Shown here piece by piece: positions 54,642 to 64,000 of a DNA stretch of 64,000 nt. Under the pieces are notes generated by a model that had not been told where the DNA came from, did not search any database, and saw only the letters and a program-made list of their open reading frames with translations. The position numbers and the translations under genes were made by a program. The stretch's first letter is position 1. Each line of letters opens with the position of its first letter. Source of the DNA: an uncultured bacterium (lineage in GTDB: Bacteria > Hydrogenedentota > CAZGCA01); the NCBI GenBank assembly GCA_964524145.1, contig CAZGCA010000019.1, positions 4,133 through 68,132 of the forward strand, in the 5' to 3' direction.

Positions 54642-55022
54642 ATGACCGCCCTGGAAAAGCCCGAAAGCTCAGTTGGGACGGAGAGGCGAACGTCTCCCCG
54701 GGTAGAGGTTACACTGCCGGTAGTGTTGCGCGGAGTGGACACGTTGGGCCGGCAGTTTGTTGAACAGACAGCAACGATGAACATCAGCGCCGGCGGAGCG
54801 TACTTCTGCACGAAAAGACCGTTGGCCCAGGGGCAGGCAGTGGATGTTTCAATGGACGCATCGTCTGCAACGTACGAGTCAGGTAAGCCTTCACTGCCAA
54901 TCTGGGTGGAGGCCAAATGTGAAGCGATTCGTGTGCAAGAGGTTGCGAACCGACTAGCACGATTGCCAAGGCTGTTTGGCATAGCGGTACAATTCACGGA
55001 CATTCCTGAACTAGCGCTGTAG
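54642..55022 (+). CDS. PilZ-domain c-di-GMP-binding protein
   Basis: 'RRTSPRVEV' (RxxxR) and 'NISAGGAYF' (D/NxSxGG) motifs. ATG 54642 after GGGAGAGGGGG. Confidence 0.65.
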   Translation: MTALEKPESSVGTERRTSPRVEVTLPVVLRGVDTLGRQFVEQTATMNISAGGAYFCTKRPLAQGQAVDVSMDASSATYESGKPSLPIWVEAKCEAIRVQEVANRLARLPRLFGIAVQFTDIPELAL

Positions 55023-55055
55023 GACTGTCGCCTGGTCCGCGTCCGGGTCCGGCTC

Positions 55056-55901
55056 CTAGACCTGCCGACCTGCCGAGACACGGACCACGGTATGTCGTTG
55101 CGCCCCAAGCGTCGTTGCAGCGTCTCCCTGATTGATCGAAACCTCCAACGCTCCTGAACTTCCCCACAAAGCAAGCAGTGTTCCGGGAGGTTCATCCTCG
55201 TAACAGGTATGGATCCCGTTTATCGACCGGCCTTCGATCTCGACCGATAGATCGGCGTCGACAGTAGATCGCCCGAGTTGTCCGAGATGTTCCCGAGCGA
55301 TATTAGTGACGAGATTGCCGAACCTGTCGATGCGTACGATCTCGCCCTGCACCATACTGGCAGAAACACATTCCGGTTCTGAAGGCGTCAGTGTTTCGAA
55401 GCGGGTGACCTCTGGTCCGAACCGCTCGATGGGCACACCAAGCAGCGCGTGTGCGGCGACCGGCGCAAATATGTCCCTGCCGTGGAACGTGTCGCTCGCC
55501 GGATTGCGCAAGAAGTCCTCGTTCTCTATCGATCGTGCCTCGATTACCCCATCATCATTTGCAGCAAGACTGAGCAGGCCGTTGTCAGGTCCGACAAACG
55601 TATAGTGCCGTGACTTGATGCAAATGCCGCCCCGCGTGCCGCCGACACCAGGGTCCACAACAGCAAGATGGACCGTGCCCGGAGGATAGAGATGGGCGCA
55701 ATCGCGCAGGAAGACTGCTCCCTCAAAGACGTCGTGTGACGGTATCTCGTGGGTCAAGTCCACCAGGTTCGCATCGTGGCAGATGCTGAGAATAACGCCT
55801 TTCATCGCGGCGACATAGCTATCGCGAAGCCCGAAATCAGTGGTCAGAGTGATGATGCGGCCGGGTCTGGGTTGGGATTCTGGGTTTGCGCAGTTCGTCA
55901 T
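55056..55901 (-). CDS. SAM hydroxide adenosyltransferase / fluorinase-like (DUF62) family protein
   Basis: 'IITLTTDFGLRDSYVAAMKGV', 'VVDPGVGG', 'GPDNGLL'. Confidence 0.75.
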   Translation of the reverse strand: MTNCANPESQPRPGRIITLTTDFGLRDSYVAAMKGVILSICHDANLVDLTHEIPSHDVFEGAVFLRDCAHLYPPGTVHLAVVDPGVGGTRGGICIKSRHYTFVGPDNGLLSLAANDDGVIEARSIENEDFLRNPASDTFHGRDIFAPVAAHALLGVPIERFGPEVTRFETLTPSEPECVSASMVQGEIVRIDRFGNLVTNIAREHLGQLGRSTVDADLSVEIEGRSINGIHTCYEDEPPGTLLALWGSSGALEVSINQGDAATTLGAQRHTVVRVSAGRQV

Positions 55902-56030
55902 GACAGCCTGACAGACAGGAACAAAGCATTGTGTCGGCGCCCTCGCATGTCTCCCCTTGCCGACAGGTAATCGGACACGTGTCCCCGCAAATCAACGCTG
56001 CCGCGGTCTTCTCCGATCATCGGAGCATTC

Positions 56031-56288
56031 CTATGGTCTACGCAGACGTATGCCGCTGTCACCTGCCACCACAATGTGCCCTTTGAGGGAGTCCAATGGA
56101 TGCTGAGTGAGAACCGCCTGCAAGAGAGCCCGGATGGCGTCCCGTCCCTCCCGCTGTGTTGCCTGCAAAACGACTTCGTCCGACTGACCGGACAAACCTT
56201 GCTGCGGCACTGTAACGCTATCATGTCCGTGTTTGTCAAGGGCCGTTACCAAACTCGCAGGTACGTTCTCGTCGAGCTTGACCTTCAT
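56031..56288 (-). CDS. DUF5615-family (PIN-like) putative toxin
   Basis: 'MKVKLDENVPASLVTALDKHGHD'. The ATG overlaps the upstream DUF433 stop (ATGA). 86 aa. Confidence 0.6.
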   Translation of the reverse strand: MKVKLDENVPASLVTALDKHGHDSVTVPQQGLSGQSDEVVLQATQREGRDAIRALLQAVLTQHPLDSLKGHIVVAGDSGIRLRRP

Positions 56289-56536
56289 GGTCGTGCGAAG
56301 CTCCGCAACGGAATCAGGTCTTCTTCCCGTGCGAGTTCTGCAGCGTAAGCCAGAGCGGCCTGGATGTCCTCTGTCTTTAGTGTTGGGTAGTCCGCCAGAA
56401 CTTCCTCTGGCGTAGCCCCTTCCGCCAGACTGTCCAAGACGATGGACAGCATCACCCGAGTGCCTTTGAAACACGGTTTTCCATGACAGATGTTAGGATC
56501 TGCGCTGATGCGCTCAAGCAACTGGTCTCGTGTCAT
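56285..56536 (-). CDS. DUF433-family putative antitoxin
   Basis: 'ICHGKPCFKGTRV' hallmark. 83 aa from ATG 56536. Confidence 0.65.
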   Translation of the reverse strand: MTRDQLLERISADPNICHGKPCFKGTRVMLSIVLDSLAEGATPEEVLADYPTLKTEDIQAALAYAAELAREEDLIPLRSFARP

Positions 56537-56577
56537 ATCTCTATCTCCAGCACCTTCCTCTCGTCGCTCCGTCCATG

Positions 56578-58422
56578 TCACATCCACGCACGCTTACTGT
56601 AAATATACCATTCTAGAAGCAATACCGCAAGTGCGACGGCTGCAAGGTATCGCCAGAACTCGCGGTTGCTCGATACAAGTTCCGGAGCGCCCGCCACCTC
56701 GCGTCTGCCGAGTGTGAGATGGTCACGCGGCGCGATGTTGGACTCGGCCGCGGAAAGCAGGTTTACTGCGAAGTGCGCGTCGGGCTTCGCCTCCTTGCTC
56801 AGCGTGTATATCCCCACGTGTTTGGTGTTAGAGAAGAAGACGGTCTCGGTAGGGTCAACGACAACGTCATGCTCGTTACCGTCGGGATCGATGATGACGG
56901 CGTTCTCGACGTCTTTGTCGGGCAGGATGGGTACCGCATCACCCGTCTCCAGCTTCAGCGTCTTGCCTGCGGCGGATTCGGGCCGCAACCATGCGATGAC
57001 GTTCGAGAAAAAGATCGGAAACGAAGCGCGCAACGGCCAGTCTGAATTGCCGATATCGAATCCGACGTAGGCTAGTCTTATCGGACCTCTCTCGATGGCC
57101 GCGATAAGCGCCGTCTCGCGAGATTCAGCGACAACCTCGGCGTAAGACGGCAGCGACGCGATCCGTGCCTTGACGACGTTAAGGTTCGAAAGGTTTGCGA
57201 ACCGCATCAGCGGGTGTTGCCTGTCCCAATCGATGATTGCCGGTTGGTCAATCTCCTCGCCGGCTTCACAACCTTCAACCGGCGGGACTGCGTTGATGAA
57301 GAGATGATTCCCGGCGGACAGGTCCGGCGGCGAGAATCCGTCGAAAACCGTGACGGCATACTCGTCCGTCGGCACGTAGTTCTCGGGCGCAACCTGCGAA
57401 AGGATAACCATCGGGTCGATGTTGAGCACTTTCTCCAGAAAGTAGTTCCCTTCGCTGACCAGCAACACGTCGATCTCTTCGGTTTGCTCGAGAACGTGCC
57501 ATGCCTGGTCGTCCAACGCGAGATGGTCCGTGACGTCAAGTTTCGCGGACAACACGCCACGCGTTGCCGGCAACCCTTCGAACACCTTCACAAGCGGTTC
57601 GCCGGGCTCGATCTGGACCTCCGCGGCGTCAAGCAGCTCCTCACCGAGGTAGAGATCGAGAAAGCCGTCTGCCTTCTGCGTTCCGAAGTTCTCGACCTTG
57701 GTAAACACCTGGAACTCGCCCGGTTCAAGCGGCGATTCCCGCACGTCGAACGCCGTGATGGAAAGGTTGCGCGGTGCCCCCCCTATGGGAACAAACCTGA
57801 CGTCTCGAAGCGAGAGGCCGAGTTCCTCGATGGGCGGGAAAGCGCCGTCACTGAAAACCAACGCTTCGGCCTGGCGGTGCGATTCGGACAACGAGTGCGC
57901 AATAATTAACGCGTCGCGCAGGTCCGTTCCGGTATGTTCGATCTCTATTTCGCGGATCGCTTTGCGCAGCGCTTCCTTGTTTGAGATAAAGCTCTCACGA
58001 AGCTGAGCCTTGTTCGAGAACGACAGGACCATTGCCGTATCGCCGGCGTTCATGTTGTTGACCACCGTCAATGCGGCACGTTTCGCCTCGCCAAGCCGGT
58101 TGGGGTCCACGTCGGTTGCGGCCATGCTGGCGGAGTTGTCTATCACAAGTATCAAAACCTGCCCTTCGAGACGGCGACCCTGCACAAACGGCCGCATCAG
58201 GGCCAGCACCAGCAGCACGAGAACGATCAACTGCAAGAGCAGCAGCAGGTTGCGCCGCAACTTCTGGAACGGCGCGTTGGCACGCAAGTCCTCGATGGTT
58301 CGCCGCCACAAAAACGTGCTCGAGACGAGTATCTCTTTTCGTTTGAGCTTGAGCAGGTACAGCAGTACCACGACCGGAATGGTTATTCCGAACACTGCGG
58401 CTATCGGTGCCAGGAAACTCAT
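56578..58422 (-). CDS. BatA-like membrane-anchored von Willebrand factor A (VWA) domain protein
   Basis: 'MSFLAPIAAVFGITIPVVVLLYLLKLKRKE' BatA-type N-terminus. VWA 'LVIDNSASM' MIDAS. The ATG overlaps the DUF58 stop. Confidence 0.75.
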   Translation of the reverse strand: MSFLAPIAAVFGITIPVVVLLYLLKLKRKEILVSSTFLWRRTIEDLRANAPFQKLRRNLLLLLQLIVLVLLVLALMRPFVQGRRLEGQVLILVIDNSASMAATDVDPNRLGEAKRAALTVVNNMNAGDTAMVLSFSNKAQLRESFISNKEALRKAIREIEIEHTGTDLRDALIIAHSLSESHRQAEALVFSDGAFPPIEELGLSLRDVRFVPIGGAPRNLSITAFDVRESPLEPGEFQVFTKVENFGTQKADGFLDLYLGEELLDAAEVQIEPGEPLVKVFEGLPATRGVLSAKLDVTDHLALDDQAWHVLEQTEEIDVLLVSEGNYFLEKVLNIDPMVILSQVAPENYVPTDEYAVTVFDGFSPPDLSAGNHLFINAVPPVEGCEAGEEIDQPAIIDWDRQHPLMRFANLSNLNVVKARIASLPSYAEVVAESRETALIAAIERGPIRLAYVGFDIGNSDWPLRASFPIFFSNVIAWLRPESAAGKTLKLETGDAVPILPDKDVENAVIIDPDGNEHDVVVDPTETVFFSNTKHVGIYTLSKEAKPDAHFAVNLLSAAESNIAPRDHLTLGRREVAGAPELVSSNREFWRYLAAVALAVLLLEWYIYSKRAWM

Positions 58423-59292
58423 TTCAGCAGCCCGCCTTTTCGCAAGTATTCGAGCACGAGGCTGTCGAACGGCACATCGGTCGTTGCGCTCAGGTAGGTC
58501 GCGCCGCGGCTGGTGCAAAACTTCTTGATGCCGCCGCAGAACGCGCGCAGGCTTTCTCGATACGCTTTCAAGAGCGACTCGTTAACGGTGATCTCGACCG
58601 TGTCGTCCACCTCGGAATCCACCAACTTGAGATGTCCAATATGGGGCGGATCGATCTCCTCTTTGGCCAGGACCTGAACGGCGTAGAGGTCGAACCTGCG
58701 ATGCATGAAGCTCTTAAGGGCGTCGTCGCACCCACCCCGGTCAAAGAAGTCCGAGATCAACACGGCAACGCCTTTCCGTCGATTCGTCAGCACAAAATCC
58801 CTGCACGAATCGGTAAGCGAGGTCTCGCCGCCGCACTCGGCCGACTGGAGAAAGTCAAACATGCGCCAGACCTGGCTCTTGCCTCGTGTCAAGGGGAAGA
58901 CGGACCTTATCCGGGTCGAGAACGATGCCACGCTGACCCTGTCCATGTTGACCAGGCCGATGTAGCCTATGGCCGCGGCAACCTTGCGCGCGTAATCTAT
59001 CTTCTTCGGATCGCCGAAATCCATCGAGCCGCTCGTGTCCACCAGGATGTATATGTGCAGGTCTTCCTCTTCCATGAACAGTTTCAGGAACAACCTGTCC
59101 AGACGCCCGAAGACATTCCAGTCGACAAACCGCGGATCGTCTCCGTAGACGTAGTCGCGGTAATCGGCGAACTCGACGCTCAAGCCGCGCTTCTTGCTGC
59201 GCCGTTCGCCCTTTATCTTGCCGGTGAATATCCTGCGCGACGTGACGGTCAGCCCGTCAAGCTTGCGCAGAAACTCCGGTTCCAGCAGCAGG

Positions 59293-59300
<8 letters not shown>
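58419..59300 (-). CDS. DUF58 protein (MoxR-associated, VWA-like)
   Basis: 'GLSVEFADYRDYVYGDDPRFVDWNVFGRLDRLFLKLF...ILVDTSGSM'. Confidence 0.8.
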
Positions 59301-60300
<1,000 letters not shown>

Positions 60301-60355
60301 TTCGTTTCTCCTCAACTCTGTCGGCTACGTGATACGAACGAAGAGGTTCCTTCGT

Positions 60356-63238
60356 TCACCTTCCATTCCGGTCTTCACGTTTGGATTTCCCCTTCAATGC
60401 GCGCTTCTTTGCAGCCAGAAGCTGCTTGGTGTATAGAACAGGCTCGTCCTCTGGCACCGGCTCTTTGACGCCGTTACGTTCTTCGGCCGGAGTCACATCG
60501 CCAGTCAGCACTTCAGCAGCCTCTCCCGGCGCAACTCCAGGATGCCCTTGGACCGTGCGTCCAGCGGTCCGAGCAACACCCGGCACCGTACCGACTTCCG
60601 GCACGGGTTCCGGCGGCCGCACGAACCTGCGCAGGATGGCCATACGACCGGCGACCGCTGCGGCGGCAGCCCTTATTCGGGTCGCCTCAATGACTATCCG
60701 ACGTATGAATATGTCCAGCGGAAACAGCAATACCGCCAATGCCAGCAGCCACGGCGACATCCGTCTCGGTGCGGCAAGCGTGGTGCCTGTGTGGAGAAAG
60801 ACGTCGCGAGGGCTATCGAGCACCCGGCCCTTTGTGATGGACGCAATCTCATCGAGCAGCTTCTCGTTGGTCTTGAACCGCCTGTACTCTTCGGAATACG
60901 ACACCGCGGCGCCGGTTGTTGACGTGCCGCCCGCACCGTCTTCGGACTCGTAATCCAGGTTGACCAGATACGTGCCAACATCTTTTGCGCGAAACCGTGC
61001 CTCGTATCGCCCCGCCGCGGTCTGCTCGAACTCCAACGGGTCGGCATCGAGCGCGGGCGTCAGCACCCGGCCTCCAAGGCTGAGGAAATTGACGAACGTG
61101 CCGTCGTCCGAGACGGCATCGACCGTGACCACCCCTTGCCCGTCGCGTATATCGGTAGCCACCTGGAAATCCGTCTCGCTTACTGACCTCATCGTCCAGC
61201 GGACAACCTGGGCCCAGAACTTCGTGAATCCTTCCCAGTTTACCCAATCGGCAGCCCATCGCCGTTTCGCGTCGGATGTGAAGGCAACGCTCTTTCCGAG
61301 CCCGTACCGCCAGTGTGCGAGCACCGGATCGTCCTTGTTCGAAACGAGCGGCATCTCGGCACGGTCCTTGGCCGAGGTACAAACGTACCCTTTCAGTTCA
61401 GGGAGTTCCGTCTCCTCGAAGCCGGATAACATCTCCGAGAAATGGGTCTGTTTTGGGACGAACGGCTCCTCGAATATGAGCGATTTCCTGACGACCGACG
61501 CCTCCTTGATGAAGATACGAGGCAGCTCGTTTGGACTCTCGACTTTGTAGGACCTGCCGTTGCCTTGAGCTGCCACAGCCTGCATGGTCTGCGTGTCGCG
61601 CGGCGAGTGAGGCTTGATGCAGACCGTGCTGATAGTGATCTTTGCAGCGGCCAGCTTTTGTACAAGAGCCGGGGTTGGCTGCGCCGGATCTCCGTCGGAG
61701 ATGATCACAATATGCTTGAGTCCGGCGTTACATTCGGACAGCCCTTTGTAGGCCATGTTGAGTGTTGTGTCGAAGCTCGGCATGTCACCCGGTCGCATCG
61801 TGTTGATCAAGTTGTACATTTGCACCTTGTTGCCGACCTCTTGGATCGGGAACAGCCATCTTTCGCCCGTGTCGTAGAGCAACACCCCGGCCTTGTCCTT
61901 GCTCGACAGAACCTCTATTGCTGCAATGGCGATGTCCCGGGCCCATGCGTTGGCCTGGGGCATCTCGCAGGTGTGCATGATCAGCACCAGCGCGCCGCTG
62001 GGAACGATCTTCTTCTGGCTGATGTCCATCTCGACGGGCAGCGCCCGCTCGACCGGTGTTCCCAGATAGCCGCCGGCACCGAACCCCTCACTCCCGCCAA
62101 GCATTATCAGGCCGCCCCCGAGCTCTTTGACGTTGGCTTCTATCAGCTCCATCTGGCGCACGGAGAAGTCGCTTGCGGCGACCTCGGAGAGTATCACGGT
62201 GTCGTAGCGCTGCAAGTCCGTTATGGTCGTCGGCAGACCGGTCAGGTTGCGCAGTTCAACGGTTATTCTCTCCGTCTCGAGCGCTCGGACGAGGTCCGCT
62301 CCTTCGTCGGACTCCCCCTCGACATAGAGCACTTTGGGTTCACCGCGTACGGCGACGAACCCGTGCCCCCTGTTGTTCTCCCTGTTGGTGTCGTACCGGC
62401 AGTCGACGGTAGCCTCGTACGTGTGAAACCCTGCCTGCACGAGCGAGCGAGGTACGACAAAGATGTTCTTGCCGCGCGAAAGGCTGACGTCCTGTTCGGC
62501 AACCAGCCTGCCGCTCTCGAACAGCCGCAACACACCCGGCGCGTCCTGAAACGCCCGGACGACGATTCGCACCTCGAAGGGTTCCTCCTTATCGACCCTT
62601 TCCGGGACAACCAGTTCCTCGATCATTACTTCGCGGTCGTACTCGAACGTCACCGGCAACACGTCTATCACGGTTCCGTTGCCACGTGCGAGCCGTGCTT
62701 GCTCGAGCGCCGACCCCTGTGTTTCGTTCCCGTCAGAGATGAGTACCATCCGTTTCTGGGTTCGCTCGGGGAACGCTGCTGCGGCCAACCTGAGTGCATC
62801 GCCGATGTTGGTGTTGTCGTTCTTTGTATCGGAGAGGATTGTCTCGAGTTGGAAGTCCCGGTTGGGCGCCAGTTCGATGCTGACGTTCTCTGCGAAGACA
62901 AGAAGGCCGGCGAGGTCGTTGGCTTGCATCTCGTCCGCGGCGCGTTCGATGAAGTTGAGCGCGTATTTTTGCTGCTCGCGCGGTATACTGTCCGACCGGT
63001 CGAGAACGAAGAAGACCGTCAGGTCGTCCCGTTCTCTGACCATCTCGAGCCCCGCAAGCGCCAACACAACGCAGACAACAATCACGAGCCGCAGCAGCAT
63101 GGATATGCCGCGTTGGACGCCGCCGAGCGACCGGACGCGTCTCCCGCGGTATACGACGAACGGGAGGCAGAACAGGAAGAGCAGAAGGGCTGCCGGGAAC
63201 GTAAACCCGAACGGGAGCGAGAACGGCAGACCTTGCAC
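60356..63238 (-). CDS. Large membrane protein: N-terminal double-TM region, VWA domains and a class-I glutamine-amidotransferase-like (ThuA/DJ-1 fold) domain; heads the MoxR/DUF58/BatA operon
   Basis: 'VFFVLDRSDSI' and 'VLISDGNETQG' (VWA). 'KVLYVEGESDEG...DTVILSEV...GGGLIMLGG' (GATase1-like). Second VWA 'HIVIISDGDP'. Confidence 0.75.
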   Translation of the reverse strand: MQGLPFSLPFGFTFPAALLLFLFCLPFVVYRGRRVRSLGGVQRGISMLLRLVIVVCVVLALAGLEMVRERDDLTVFFVLDRSDSIPREQQKYALNFIERAADEMQANDLAGLLVFAENVSIELAPNRDFQLETILSDTKNDNTNIGDALRLAAAAFPERTQKRMVLISDGNETQGSALEQARLARGNGTVIDVLPVTFEYDREVMIEELVVPERVDKEEPFEVRIVVRAFQDAPGVLRLFESGRLVAEQDVSLSRGKNIFVVPRSLVQAGFHTYEATVDCRYDTNRENNRGHGFVAVRGEPKVLYVEGESDEGADLVRALETERITVELRNLTGLPTTITDLQRYDTVILSEVAASDFSVRQMELIEANVKELGGGLIMLGGSEGFGAGGYLGTPVERALPVEMDISQKKIVPSGALVLIMHTCEMPQANAWARDIAIAAIEVLSSKDKAGVLLYDTGERWLFPIQEVGNKVQMYNLINTMRPGDMPSFDTTLNMAYKGLSECNAGLKHIVIISDGDPAQPTPALVQKLAAAKITISTVCIKPHSPRDTQTMQAVAAQGNGRSYKVESPNELPRIFIKEASVVRKSLIFEEPFVPKQTHFSEMLSGFEETELPELKGYVCTSAKDRAEMPLVSNKDDPVLAHWRYGLGKSVAFTSDAKRRWAADWVNWEGFTKFWAQVVRWTMRSVSETDFQVATDIRDGQGVVTVDAVSDDGTFVNFLSLGGRVLTPALDADPLEFEQTAAGRYEARFRAKDVGTYLVNLDYESEDGAGGTSTTGAAVSYSEEYRRFKTNEKLLDEIASITKGRVLDSPRDVFLHTGTTLAAPRRMSPWLLALAVLLFPLDIFIRRIVIEATRIRAAAAAVAGRMAILRRFVRPPEPVPEVGTVPGVARTAGRTVQGHPGVAPGEAAEVLTGDVTPAEERNGVKEPVPEDEPVLYTKQLLAAKKRALKGKSKREDRNGR

Positions 63239-63250
63239 GTTGTTCCTTTC

Positions 63251-64000
63251 CTACCTTGCGATCAGAACCTGTACTCGGTGGTTTTCGGTGTCGGCCACGA
63301 AAATCGTGCCCGACCGGCTGACGGCTATGCCCCATGGGGAACCAAACCGGCCGCTATCCAAACCGGCCTCGCCCCAGGTGGCGATGTGGGTCCCGTCACC
63401 CGCGAACTTCTGCACGCGACAGTTTCCATATTCGCAGACGTAGACGGTGTCGTCCGGCCCGATCGCGATATCATACGGGTACTTGAATTGGCCGGGAGCG
63501 TTGCCCGGCGTGCCCCATTGCAGCACAAACGTACCGTCCTTTTTGAACTTCTGGATACGGTGGTTGACCGAGTCGGCAACGTATAGGTATCCCGCGGAAT
63601 CCATCGCGAGCGCCATCGGCCGCTTGAACTGGCCCGGTTCTGAACCGAACGAACCCCACGACGTGATGAAGCTGTGGTCCTTGTCGAACTTCTGGATACG
63701 GTTCGCCTCACCATACTCCGCGACGTAGAAGTTGCCGTCCGAGTCAACAACGATGTCCGTCGGGTAGATGAACTCGCCGGACCCGCCCCCGTACGTGCCC
63801 CATTCCGAGAGGAGCGTGCCGTCGGGTGCCATCACGAGCACTCGCGAGTAATGTGTGTCTGGAATGAGCAGGCTGCCGTTCAGATCGAACCCGATCCCTG
63901 TTGGCGTGCCCTTCTCGGACTCCGGCAGCTCCCAACTCCCGACGAACGTCCCGTCCGGGTCGAACTTCTGGACTCGGCCGGACCTGTCGATGATGTAGAG
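63251..64000 (-). CDS. NHL-repeat beta-propeller protein (N-terminal part lies beyond the window end)
   Basis: Repeated 'P.GIAVD.DGNIYVAD..NHRIQKF' units. The reading frame is open through position 64000. Confidence 0.7.
   Translation of the reverse strand, partial: LYIIDRSGRVQKFDPDGTFVGSWELPESEKGTPTGIGFDLNGSLLIPDTHYSRVLVMAPDGTLLSEWGTYGGGSGEFIYPTDIVVDSDGNFYVAEYGEANRIQKFDKDHSFITSWGSFGSEPGQFKRPMALAMDSAGYLYVADSVNHRIQKFKKDGTFVLQWGTPGNAPGQFKYPYDIAIGPDDTVYVCEYGNCRVQKFAGDGTHIATWGEAGLDSGRFGSPWGIAVSRSGTIFVADTENHRVQVLIAR

Overview
High-GC (~63-65%) bacterial chromosomal window with about 45 supportable genes. It combines a housekeeping block with an accessory-looking surface and redox block.

Housekeeping block:
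- a conserved nadX-rplU-rpmA-obg-proB ... proA-nadD-yqeK cluster
- trxB, cysK, rpsU, tRNA-Ala(CGC), rluA-family pseudouridine synthase, FGGY sugar kinase, and a GspE/PilB ATPase
- a MoxR-DUF58-VWA (Bat-like) operon

Most unusual content:
- A periplasmic redox module (1.2-7.8 kb): a CbcL-like fusion of an octaheme c-type cytochrome to a diheme cytochrome b membrane anchor, a TAT-exported Gfo/Idh/MocA oxidoreductase, and a fusion of an Nramp-superfamily transporter core to an ApbE flavin transferase.
- Two giant secreted proteins (2906 aa and 1627 aa) that both end in dockerin-like Ca-binding modules. The first also carries 14 FG-GAP repeats, a caspase-fold (legumain-like His/Cys) peptidase domain and a cohesin-like domain, and sits directly downstream of an FHA-GAF-HD-GYP c-di-GMP phosphodiesterase. 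The second is built from three tandem ~430-aa parallel beta-helix modules plus thrombospondin-type-3-like repeats. Each giant gene has a near-consensus sigma70 promoter upstream.
- A two-gene insertion that splits the normally adjacent proB-proA pair. It consists of a CarboxypepD_reg-like secreted protein and a 'four-helix-bundle' (23S-IVS/Avd-like) protein carrying an in-frame CACGGAC-repeat/hairpin element.
- A DUF433/DUF5615 toxin-antitoxin-like pair with ATGA overlap.
- A well-signalled 70-aa Arg-rich small ORF.
- Several strong intergenic hairpins and palindromes.

No CRISPR array, rRNA, transposase or integrase was seen. Many long ORFs antisense to the repeat-rich giant genes are artefacts. 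All functional calls are from motif and architecture recognition by eye; no database searches were run.
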